Shown here: positions 40,301 through 52,100 of the stretch, piece by piece | Layout: every line of letters starts with the position of its first letter | Position numbering within the stretch: the stretch's first letter is position 1 | Made by a program: the position numbers and the translations under genes | Notes under the pieces: generated by a model | Told to the model about the DNA's origin: nothing | Seen by the model: only the letters and a program-made list of their open reading frames with translations | The model's database searches: none | Source of the DNA: Isurus oxyrinchus | Lineage: Eukaryota | Assembly (NCBI GenBank): GCA_026770705.1 | Contig: JANJGN010000052.1 | Coordinates: forward strand, 2,480,001-2,544,000 | Direction: 5' to 3' | Length of the DNA: 64,000 nt

Positions 40301-43300
40301 TGTGTGTGTGAGAGAAGAGATAGAGGAGAAGAGTGTGATAGAGAGAGACTGAGTGTTAGGGAGAGAACGTGTGTGTGAGAGAGATAGAGCAGAAAATTTT
40401 TATAGAGAGAGATTGTGAGTGTTAGAGAGAAAATGTGGGTGTGCGAGAGAGAAATATGGAGCAGAAGAGTGTGATAGAGAGAGACTGAGTGTTAGAGAGA
40501 GAACGTGTGTGTGTGAGAGAGAGAGAGATAGAGCAGAAGATTTTGATAGAGAGAGATTGTGAGTGTTAGAGAGAGAATGTGTGTGTGTGAGAGAGAGAGA
40601 TAGAGCAGAAGATTTTGATAGAGAGAGATTGTGAGTGTTAGAGAGAGAATGTGTGTGTGTGAGAGAGAGAGATAGAGCAGAAGAGTGTGATAGAGGGAGA
40701 CTGAGTGTTAGGGAGAGAACGTGTGTGTGAGAGAGATAGAGCAGAAGATATTGATAGAGAGAGATTGTGAGTTTTAGAGAGAGAATGAGTGTGTGTGAGA
40801 GAGAGAGAGATAGAGCAGAAGAGTGTGATAGAGAGAGATTGTGAGTGTTAGAGAGAAAATGTGGGTGCGAGAGAGAGATATGGAGCAGAAGAGTGTGATA
40901 GAGAGAGATTGTTAGTGTTAGAGAGAGAATGTGTGTTTGTGTGAGAGTGAGAGATAGAGCAGAAGAGTGCGATAGAGAGAGATTGTGAGTGTTAGAGAGA
41001 GAATGCGTGTGTGAGAGAGAGAGATAGAGCAGAAGACTGCGATAGAGAGAGATTGTGTTTGTTAGAGAGAGAATGTGTGTGTGTGTGAGAGAGATATGCA
41101 GCAGAAGAGTGTGATAGAGAGAGATTGTGAGTGTTAGAGAGAGAATGTATGTGTGTGTGAGAGAGAGATAGAGCAGAAGAGTGGGATAGAGAGAGATTGT
41201 GATTGTCAGGGAGAGAATGTGTGTGTGAGAGAGGGACTAGAGTGTGTGTGAGGGAGAGTGTGTGTGTGTGATGGAAAGTGTGTGTGTGTGAGGGAGAGAG
41301 TCTGCGCGTGAGAGAGATTGTGTGTGTGAGGGAGAGACTGTGTGTGTGAGGGAGAGAGAGTGTCTGTGAGAGAGAGTGTGTGAGAGAGAGAATGTGTGTA
41401 TGAGGGAGAGAGTGTGTGTGTGACAGAGAGAGTGTGTGATAGAGAGAGAGAAAGCAGAAGAGTGCGATAGAGAGAGATTGTGAGTGTTAGAGAGAGAATG
41501 TGTGTGTGTGAGAGAGAGAGAGCAGAAGAGTGCAATAGAGAGAGATTGTGAGTGTTAGTGAGAGAATGTGTGTGTGTGAGAGAGAGATAGAGCAGAAGAG
41601 TGTGATAGAGAGAGATTGTGAGTGTTAGAGAGAGAATGTGTGTGTGAGAGAGAGAGAGGTAGGGCAGAATAGTCTGATAGAGAGAGACTGAGTGTTAGGG
41701 AGAGAAAGTGTGTGTGAGAGAGATAGAGCAGAAGATTTTGATAGAGAGAGATTGTGAGTGTTAGAGAGAGAATGTGGGTGAGAGAGAGAGATAGAGCAGA
41801 AGAGTGTGATAGAGAGAGATTGTGAGTGCTGGAGAGAGAATGTGTGTGTGTGAGAGAGAGAGAGATAGAGCAGAAGAGTGTGATAGAGAGAGATTGTGAG
41901 TGTTAGAGAGAGAATGTGTGTGTGTGAGAGAGAGATAGAGCAGAAGAGTGTGATAGAGAGAGATTGTTAGTGTTAGAGAGAGAATGTGTGTGTGTGAGAG
42001 AAGAGATAGAGGAGAAGAGTGTGATAGAGAGAGACTGAGTGTTAGGGAGAGAACGTGTGTGTGTGAGAGAGATAGAGCAGAAAATTTTTATAGAGAGAGA
42101 TTGTGAGTGTTAGAGAGAAAATGTGGGTGTGCGAGAGAGAAATATGGAGCAGAAGAGTGTGATAGAGAGAGACTGAGTGTTAGAGAGAGAACGTGTGTGT
42201 GAGAGAGAGAGAGAGATAGAGCAGAAGATTTTGATAGAGAGAGATTGTGAGTGTTAGAGAGAGAATGTGTGTGTGTGAGAGAGAGAGATAGAGCAGAAGA
42301 TTTTGATAGAGAGAGATTGTGAGTGTTAGAGAGAGAATGTGTGTGTGTGAGAGAGAGAGATAGAGCAGAAGAGTGTGATAGAGGGAGACTGAGTGTTAGG
42401 GAGAGAACGTGTGTGTGAGAGAGATAGAGAAGAAGATATTGATAGAGAGAGATTGTGAGTGTTAGAGAGAGAATGAGTGTGTGTGAGAGAGAGAGAGATA
42501 GAGCAGAAGAGTGTGATAGAGAGAGATTGTGAGTGTTAGAGAGAAAATGTGGGTGCGAGAGAGAGATATGGAGCAGAAGAGTGTGATAGAGAGAGATTGT
42601 TAGTGTTAGAGAGAGAATGTGTGTTTGTGTGAGAGTGAGAGATAGAGCAGAAGAGTGCGATAGAGAGAGATTGTGAGTGTTAGAGAGAGAATGCGTGTGT
42701 GAGAGAGAGAGATAGAGCAGAAGAGTGCGATAGAGAGAGATTGTGTTTGTTAGAGAGAGAATGTGTGTGTGTGTGAGAGAGAGATGCAGCAGAAGAGTGT
42801 GATAGAGAGAGATTGTGAGTGTTAGAGAGAGAATGTATGTGTGTGTGAGAGAGAGATAGAGCAGAAGAGTGCGATAGAGAGAGATTGTGATTGTCAGGGA
42901 GAGAATGTGTGTGTGAGAGAGGGACTAGAGTGTGTGTGAGGGAGAGTGTGTGTGTGTGATGGAAAGTGTGTGTGTGTGAGGGAGAGAGTCTGCGCGTGAG
43001 AGAGATTGTGTGTGTGAGGGAGAGACTGTGTGTGTGAGGGAGAGAGAGTGTCTGTGAGAGAGAGTGTGTGAGAGAGAGAATGTGTGTATGAGGGAGAGAG
43101 TGTGTGTGTGACAGAGAGAGTGTGTGATAGAGAGAGAGAAAGCAGAAGAGTGCGATAGAGAGAGATTGTGAGTGTTAGAGAGAGAATGTGTGTGTGTGAG
43201 AGAGAGAGAGAGATAGAGCAGCAGAGTGTGATAGAGAGAGATTGTCAGTGTTAGAGAGAGAATGTGGGTGAGAGAGGGAGAGAGCAGAAGAGTGTGACAG

Positions 43301-45855
43301 AGAGAGATTGTGAGTGTTAGAGAGAGAATGTGTGTGTGAGAGAGATTGTGAGTGTTAGAGATAGAATGTGTGTGTGAGAGAGAGAGATAGAGCAGAAGAG
43401 TTCGATAGAGAGAGATTGTGAGTGTTACAGAGAGAATGTGTGTGTGAGAGAGAGAGATAGAGCAGAAGTTGTGATAGAGAGAGATTATGAGTGTTAGAGA
43501 GAATGTGTGTGTGTGAGTGAGAGAGAGATAGAGCAGAAGAGTGTGATAGAGTGAGATTGTGAGTGTTAGAGAGAGAATGTGGGTGAGAGAGAGAGAGATC
43601 GAGCAGAAGAGTGTGATAGAGATTGTGAGTGTTAGAGAGAGAATGTGTGTGTGTGAGAGAGAGAGAGAGCAGAAGAGTGTGATAGAGAGAGATTGTGAGT
43701 GTTAGAGAGATTGTGTGTTTGTGAGAGAGAGAGAGAGCAGAAGAGTGTGATAGAGAGAGATTGTGAGTGTTAGAGAGAGAATGTGTGTGTGTGAGAGAGA
43801 TAGAGCAGAAGAGTGTGATAGAGAGAGATTGTGAGTGTTAGAGAGATAATGTGTGTTTGTGAGAGAGAGAGAGAGCAGAAGAGTGTGATAGAGAGAGATT
43901 GTGAGTGTCAGAGAGGGAATGTGTGTGTGTGTGAGAGAGAGAGATAGAGCAGAAGAGTGTGATAGAGAGAGATTGTGAGTGTTAGAGTGAGAATGTGTGT
44001 GTGTGAGAGAGAGAGAGATAGAGCAGAAGAGTGTGATAGAGAGAGATTGTGAGTGTTAGAGAGAGAATGTGTGTGTGAGCGAGAGAGAGAGATAGAGCAG
44101 AAGAATGCGATAGAGAGAGATTGTGAGTGTTAGAGAGAGAATGTGTGTGTGAAAGAGAGAGAGATAGAGCAGAAGAGTGTGATATAGAGAGATTGTGAGT
44201 GTTAGAGAGAAGATGTGTGTGTGTGTGAGAGAGATAGAGCAGAAGAGTGTGATAGAGAGAGATTGTGAGTGTTAGAGAGAGAATGTGTGTGTGAGAGAGA
44301 GATAGAGCAGAAGAGTGTGATAGAGAGAGATTGTGAGTGTTAGAGAGAGAATGTGTGTGTGTGAGAGAGAGAGAGATAGAGCAGAAGAGTGTGATAGAGA
44401 GAGATTGTGAGTGTTAGAGAGAGAATGTGTGTGTGAGCGAGAGAGAGAGATAGAGCAGAAGAGTGCGATAGAGAGAGATTGTGAGTGTTAGAGAGAGAAT
44501 GTGTGTGTGTGTGAGAGAGATAGAGCAGAAGAGTGTGATAGAGAGAGATTGTGAGTGTTAGAGAGAGAATGTGTGTGTTTGTGAGAGAGAGAGAGAGATA
44601 GAGCAGAAGAGTGTGATAGAGATTGTGAGTGTTAGAGAGAGAATGTGTGTGTGTGAGAGAGAGAGATAGAGCAGAAGAGTGCGATAGAGAGAGATTGTGT
44701 TTGTTAGAGAGAGAATGTGTGTGTGTGTGAGAGAGAGATGCAGCAGAAGAGTGTGATAGAGAGAGATTGTGAGTGTTAGAGTGAGAATGTGTGTGTGTGA
44801 GAGAGAGAGAGATAGAGCAGAAGAGTGCGATAGAGAGAGATTGTGAGTGTTAGAGAGAGAATGTGTGTGTGTGAGAGAGAGAGATAGAGCAGAAGAGTGT
44901 GATAGAGAGAGATTGTGAGTGTTAGAGAGAGAATGTGTGTGTGAGCGAGAGAGAGAGATAGAGCAGAAGAATGCGATAGAGAGAGATTGTGAGTGTTAGA
45001 GAGAGAATGTGTGTGTGAAAGAGAGAGAGATAGAGCAGAAGAGTGTGATATAGAGAGATTGTGAGTGTTAGAGAGAAGATGTGTGTGTGTGTGAGAGAGA
45101 TAGAGCAGAAGAGTGTGATAGAGAGAGATTGTGAGTGTTAGAGAGAGAATGTGTGTGTGAGAGAGAGATAGAGCAGAAGAGTGTGATAGAGAGAGATTGT
45201 GAGTGTTAGAGAGAGAATGTGTGTGTGTGAGAGAGAGAGAGATAGAGCAGAAGAGTGTGATAGAGAGAGATTGTGAGTGTTAGAGAGAGAATGTGTGTGT
45301 GAGCGAGAGAGAGAGATAGAGCAGAAGAGTGCGATAGAGAGAGATTGTGAGTGTTAGAGAGAGAATGTGTGTGTGTGTGAGAGAGATAGAGCAGAAGAGT
45401 GTGATAGAGAGAGATTGTGAGTGTTAGAGAGAGAATGTGTGTGTTTGTGAGAGAGAGAGAGAGATAGAGCAGAAGAGTGTGATAGAGATTGTGAGTGTTA
45501 GAGAGAGAATGTGTGTGTGTGAGAGAGAGAGATAGAGCAGAAGAGTGCGATAGAGAGAGATTGTGTTTGTTAGAGAGAGAATGTGTGTGTGTGTGAGAGA
45601 GAGATGCAGCAGAAGAGTGTGATAGAGAGAGATTGTGAGTGTTAGAGAGAGAATGTGTGTGTGTGTGAGAGAGAGATAGAGCAGAATAGTGCGATAGAGA
45701 GAGATTGTGAGTGTTAGAGAGAGTATGTGTGTGTGTGAGAGAGAGATAGAGCAGAAGAGTGTGATAGAGAGAGATTGTGAGTGTTAGAGAGAGAATGTGT
45801 GTGTGTGAGAGAGAGAGATAGAGCAGAAGAGTGTGATAGAGAGAGATTGTGAGGG
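11395..45855 (+). repeat. ~34.5-kb GA/GT-rich satellite, ~70-72-bp unit (ATAGAGCAGAAGAGTGTGATAGAGAGAGATTGTGAGTGTTAGAGAGAGAAT(GT)n(GA)n), roughly 480 copies, with higher-order structure
   Basis: Continuous tandem array; 24-aa periodicity in the artefactual minus-strand ORFs; irregular lead-in at 11395-11880. Confidence 0.97.
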
Positions 45856-46121
45856 TTAAACACACTGAGAGAAAAAGCTGGACACCCAGCCCAGGGACTG
45901 AGGGACCAATGAATTTTTGTCATGTTTGGTGAATCGATTTGCGATGTCCATTCTGAATCTCTCCTTCCTTGTCTTGACATTAGTTTATTCCCAGGAGCTG
46001 TTTAATTCCCTGAAATGTGACATTTAAACACAAGTTGTTGTTGTTTGAGGAAGAAACACTGGGGACAATTTCTGAAAAAGTCTCTGTCTTTATCATTTTC
46101 CATTTAGATGAGGAACTGAAG

Positions 46122-46167
46122 ATGGGAGAGGTCGGTCTGATATTGATCTTCATCAGCTTGCTGCAAG
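46122..46167 (+). CDS. Siglec-like gene 1, leader exon (MGEVGLILIFISLLQ)
   Basis: Kozak context AAGATGG; hydrophobic peptide; donor CAAG|GTACAA in phase 1; polypyrimidine+AG at 46106-46107 upstream. Confidence 0.85.
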
Positions 46168-49100
46168 GTACAAATTCATTACTGATCGGAACTCAGGGAA
46201 TTGGATTCTTTCCTGGAGTGAGGAAGTGAGGATGTTTCAGAGATAGGGAAGGTTGTAGGGGGGGTTGTAGGAGCTGGAGGAGGTTACAGAGTTAGGGAGT
46301 GTTGCAGGGGCTGGAGGAGGTTACAGAGAGAGGGAGGGGAGTAGGATCTGGAGGAGGTTACAGAGATAGGGAGGGTTGTAGGGACTGAAGGAGGTTGCAG
46401 AGATATGGAGTGGAAAGGGGGTTGGAGGGATTGGGAATTGAGAATGAGAATCTTAAAATCGAGTCGTTGCTTGATTGGGAGCCGACAAAGGTCAGTGAGT
46501 GATGTGGGTGGTGGTTGGGTGGTTAAAGGTTGAGTAGAAGATCAGGAATAACAACTGGGGATGAAGTCTATCCCAATGTTAGATGTCTGATAGCGATATC
46601 CTGAAATGAGTGTCTTTTGCTGATTTTATTCAGAATTTCCCATGAAGACAACACAGCAGCTCCTAGAATAGACAGGCTGTTCAGTGTCACACTTCCTGTC
46701 CATTCTCACCATGCTAGATACTTCAATAAGGGAGCAAGTTAACTGAAAGAGAGAAGGAAGGTAAAGCTGTCCGTGTGTAAAGGTGTCAATATTCAGTTTG
46801 TATATTTGTCTTTCTCTCGACACATGCAGAACTCAGGCTAGAGGCGCTTTGTTAGTGTGTTTCACAGTGTCTGCTGGAGGAGGGTCAGTGCTGAGCTTGG
46901 GGACAAGTCAGTCTACAATGCTGCATCGGAATCAACAATACAACAATATGGTGTTTGGATCAGAAATAATCCCGTAGACAATGAGGATCCAAAGAGATTC
47001 CTCAGACAATGAGGATCCAAAGAGATTCTTCAGACAATGAAGATACAAAGAGCACCAATCAGATTGAATCAGATTAGCCAATCAGCTGTGTTGAAGAGCA
47101 GACAGGAATGTTAGGCTAATTAGTGATTCATGACGGTGATAATGGGGGGAGTTCTGAGGGCTCCTAATCCATTGTCCTGTCTTGTAAATCAGCACTGAAT
47201 GGATCTCAATTGGTGCGTCTTGTAGACAATGTGTTGGGTGGAAGACTGGCTTCACTAAACAGGGTCCTGAGGAACATGAGCCAATGTAGAATGAACTTGT
47301 CCACTCCTGTGTCCAGGATTCTCTTCCATCCATTGTGAAACCTTGGGGAGTTCCTTGTGTATCCTGTAGATGGTCCACACTGCAGCCACTGTGCCCCAGT
47401 GATGGAGGGAGTGGATATCGAGTCTAGTGGATCTACAAACCATCCAGAGTTAAATATTGATATTTCTCTCCCCAGTTGGACTGTCACAAGAGTGGAAAGG
47501 TGACACTCCACGAGAGATGACAGCGCAGGAAAGTTTGTGTGTACAGATTCCGTGTCATTACAGTTATCCATCAGAGTTGGAAAACCAACCGCGAGGTGGA
47601 GTCTGGTTTAATAATGAGAAACAGATTCCCTGGGCTCCCATTGCCTTTCACTCCAAGGATCACAGTCACGAGTTACCACGGTTCCACCATCGGACCCGGC
47701 TGTCTGGAGACCTGAAAGATGGTGACTGTTCTCTGATTATAAACAACATCAGACGGGAAGATGCAGGACCTTATTTTTTCAGAATAGAATTTGACAATGG
47801 TCCGAGCCATAACTATTACCCTGTAACCCAGCTTCACGTTTCTGGTAAGTGCTGTGTTATAATTACTCAACAATTCACATTCAACACTCAATGGGAAATA
47901 ACACAAACTGTGACGTTTACATATTAACACAAAATACAGTTTATTATAACAGACTGTCTGATTCTCAATAACTGGGTGATAGCTTCCAGTTCAGTCCTAA
48001 AGCAACCTCTAATACTCACTTTAATATCAATGATTAAATGTATTGACTGTGTCCATCAATGTTATCAGGTTATCCACTCCCATTAGTCTCTCTAATGCTT
48101 TTGAAATGTCTAACAATTTGACAAAAGAAGGATGTGCATTCCTATAGCGCCTTACAACACCTCAGCAAACTTCAAATCATTTCACAGACAATGAAGAAAT
48201 TCTTGAAGTATAGTCACTAACGTGGCAGTGAGTTTGTGCACAGGAAGCTCCCACAGAGGGCAATGGGATCAGTGACCCAGATCTCTGAGAGAATGATGAG
48301 CCAGGGTTCCATGAGCTGTGGGCTGCTCCATCACCCACACCCCAGTGTTGTCAATTCAAGGGTCTGGGAGTGAAAGTGTATTCAGCTCAGTGACACATTC
48401 CCCACCAAGTTTGAAAATAGGTAAGTTGCTGCTGATTGTTGTTACCTCTCAGTTCCCATCTCATCCTTGGAAACCTGCTTTCAAAATACAAAAGCAAGTC
48501 TCACATTTCCATAGCGCCTTTCACCACCTCAGGACGATCCTAAATCAATTCACAGTCAATGAAGTGATTCTTGAAGCACACATTCTCCCCACTCTCTGGT
48601 TAAAGAAGTTTCTCCTGAATTCCCCATTGGATTTATTAGTGAGGATCTTATATTGTCAGCCTCTGGTTTTGTTCATTGTGAGGAATGGAAACACTCTCTC
48701 CATGTCTACTCGATCAAAACCTTTCACTACTTCAAAGATCAAATGAGGTCACCCCTCAACCTTCTCTGTTCAAGAGAACAGAGACCCAGCCTGTTCAGCC
48801 TCTCCTGATAGGTAAAGCCTCACATTGCTGAGATCATCCTTGTGAAGCTTTTTACCACCCTCTCCAGTGTCTCCATATCCATTTCCAAATGCTGAGTCTG
48901 CTCTCCCCGAGCTGTGAGCTGTTCCTCCACCCTCACCCAGTCTGGTCAAATCAAGGGTCACTGAGTGAGAGTGTATTAATCTGAGTGACAGAGATTCAAC
49001 AAGTGTAAAAATAGACAATTCTTAAATGATCATTGTAACCTCTCAGTTCTGATATCATCCTTGTAAAAGTGCTTTCTCTTGTGGGACTGTGGTTTCTATT

Positions 49101-52100
49101 TGAACTGATGCTTCACGTTATATTTCTCTAAAAGGATCCATTCTCTGTGTGTTAGATTTCACAGATAAACCCACGATATTCCCTGCTGAAATTATTGCAG
49201 GAAAGCGTGTGGATGTAAGCTGCACCTTCAACACAACGTGCAATGGAACAGCAGCACCTGTCTTAACCTGGGACACTCCCACTGACGTACCTGGATCAGT
49301 CTCAAACACTGTAACTCAGCATGGTGTCACTCTGACCTATACTTCTGTTCTGACCCTGATCCCATCACTCAAACACCACGGACACACTCTCAGCTGCAGA
49401 TTGAGATATCCATCTGTTTCATCGAAGCGGACCCTCGTAATGACTGTGCTATGTAAGTACAAACACCCTTCATTCTACATTAGCTGGAATAGTATCAAAT
49501 GTGCACAGCAAGCTCCCACATACTGCACTTTGTTTACCAACAAACCATTGGTGTTTCACTGGTAAAAAGTGACCCCTGACAGGCAGTACATCCTTACTAC
49601 TGACTCTCCGACAGTGCATCATGGACTCATAGACTCATAGACACATAGACAGAAGGAGGCCATTTAGCCCATCATGTCCATGCTGGTCAGCAACTCCCTC
49701 CCCAAGTGCATCACCTCACACTTTTCCAGGTTGAATTCCATTTGCGTCGTGATCATTCCCCCTATATTTAATTCCAATTCATTTATATACACCACAAACA
49801 GCAAGTGCCCCAGCACTGAGCCCTGTGGAACCCCACTGGAAACAGACATCCAGTCACAGAAACATCCCTCCACCATCACCCTCTTCTTCCTGCCTCAGCC
49901 AATATTGGATCCAACGTGCCACTTTGCCTTGGATCCCATGGGCTCTTACTTTCTTGGCCTCTCTGCCAAGAGGCACCTGATCAAAAGCCTTCCTCAGCCC
50001 ATGTCGACCACATCAAAGGCATTACTCTCATCAACACTCCTGGTTACCTCCTCAAAAGATTTGATCAGGTTTGTCAAACATGACCTTCCCTTAACAAATC
50101 CATGCTGAATATCCCAGATTAATCCTTGTCTCTCCCAGTGCAGATTCATTCTGTCCTTCAGAATTCTTACTAGTAACTTCCCCACCACCGAGGTTAGACT
50201 GACTGGCCTGTAATTTCCTGATCTATCCCTTCCTCCCTTTTTTAATAATGGGACAACATTAGCCATCCTCCAGTCCTCTGGCACCTCACCTGTGGCCAGA
50301 GAGGATTTGAAAATTACTGCCAGGGCCCCTGATATCTCTTCCCTTTCCTCCCTCAACAGCTTTGGATTCATCTCATCCAGGCTTGTGGATTTATCCACTT
50401 TTCAGGCCATTAAACCCACTAGTACCTCCTCTCTCTATGTTAATTTCCTCTCATATTTCACTGTCCTCCACCCTGATGTTATACCTGCATCATCCTTTTC
50501 CATTGTGAAGACTGATGCAAAGTATTCATTGAGGACTGTACCCACGTCTTCCAGGTCCACACACACATTACCTCGATGGTCCCTAATCAGCCCCACTCTT
50601 TCCCGAGTTATTCTGCTGCTCTTTACATATTTAAAAAAACCCTCTGGATTTTGCTTTATTCTACCCACCTGTGTTTTCTCATGCACTCTCTTATCTTTCC
50701 TAATGTCCTTTTTCAGTTCCCCTCTGCACTATTTATACTCCTCTAGGGACTCTGCTGTATTGAGCCCTCAGTATCTGCCATAAGCTTCTCTTTTTTCTCA
50801 ATCCTAACCTTTATGTTCCTTGTCTTCCAGGGTTCTCCAGACTTGGTCTCCCTCTTTGTCTTTACAGGAAGATATCTGCTCTGTACTCTCGCTATTCCCT
50901 CCTTGAATGCCTCCCACTGCTCTGATACAGTTTTATCTGCAAAGAGCTTCTCCCAGTCCACTTGGGCCCAATCATATCTCATCTTAGTAAAATTAGCCTT
51001 TCCCCAGTTTAGAATTTTTATTCCCAGCACAAACTTATCCTTCTCCATAACTGTCCTAAATCCAATTGAGTTACAGTCACCATCTCCCCTACTGATACGC
51101 TTTCCACCTTCCCCGGCGCTTTTCCATATATTACGTCCAGAACTGTCCCCTCCCTTGTTGAGCTTTCTATGCACAGGCTAAAAATCTTCTCCTGGATGCA
51201 ACTTCAGAATTTTTCTCCCTCCCTACCTTGCTCACTAAAGCTGTCCCAATTAATATTTGGGTAGTTAAAATCCCTGAGTATTACTGCTTTATTATTCTTA
51301 CACATCTCTGAAATGTGATCACATGTTGGATTGTCCATCTCTCCCTGACTGTTTGTTGGTTTTATATCTTGAGTCTATGAGTTCACTGGTTGATTAAACT
51401 CGAATTGCACTCCTTCATATACACTTGTTAGTTGATAAAAACAAAAAAAATCAACTCTTTTCTTCTCCCCCGATGCTGCCAGACCTGTTGAGTTATTCTT
51501 AGCTGATGCTCGCTATCAATAACCAAGAGAGACCAACATTAGAACAAGCTGATTATTTATTGTAACAGAGGGCAGAGCACTAAATCCTTGCCTGCTCCCA
51601 CCGCCACCTCCAGCTCTAGACTTACAGTTAACCAGTGGCCCACACTGTCCAGTGATTGGTCAGTACTGTCACATGGTTTATCCACTTGTATTCTCTTAAA
51701 GGTACCTGGCACTCCACATTATCACAGGAGGCCTATAGTACACACATAACAGCGTGTTTGCCTCCTCAGCACTGACCCGTCTACAGTGCAGCATTTCCCT
51801 CATTACTGACTCTCTAACAGTGTAATGATCCCTCAGTAGTGCTCCTCCAACATTGCACTGGTCAATCAGAACTGACGCTCTGACTGTGCAGTTTTACCTC
51901 AGCAGTAACCCTCCTACAGTGCAGCGCTCCCACAGTACTGTCCCTCCTACAGTGCAGCACTCCCTCAGGACTGACCCTCCTACAGTGCAGCACTCCCTCA
52001 GAAGCGAACATTTGACAGTGCAGCACTACTTCAGTACTGACCCTCCAACAGTGCAGATCTCCCTCACTACTGACCCTCCGACAGTGCAGCACCCCCTCAG

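Noticed and set aside
3258-45855. CRISPR-like reading of the regular arrays
   Set aside because: Units are head-to-tail with no unique spacers, there are no cas genes, and the context is vertebrate
12698-45980. Minus-strand Ser/Leu/His/Thr-rich ORFs
   Set aside because: Artefacts of the (CT)/(CA) satellite strand
46976-47052. 28-bp tandem repeat (AGACAATGAGGATCCAAAGAGATTCCTC, ~2.7 copies)
   Set aside because: Short intronic slippage duplication with no sign of function
49664-51181. Reverse-transcriptase ORFs as a functional or domesticated RT
   Set aside because: Fragmented, frameshifted and internally deleted CR1; the second copy arises from the segmental duplication
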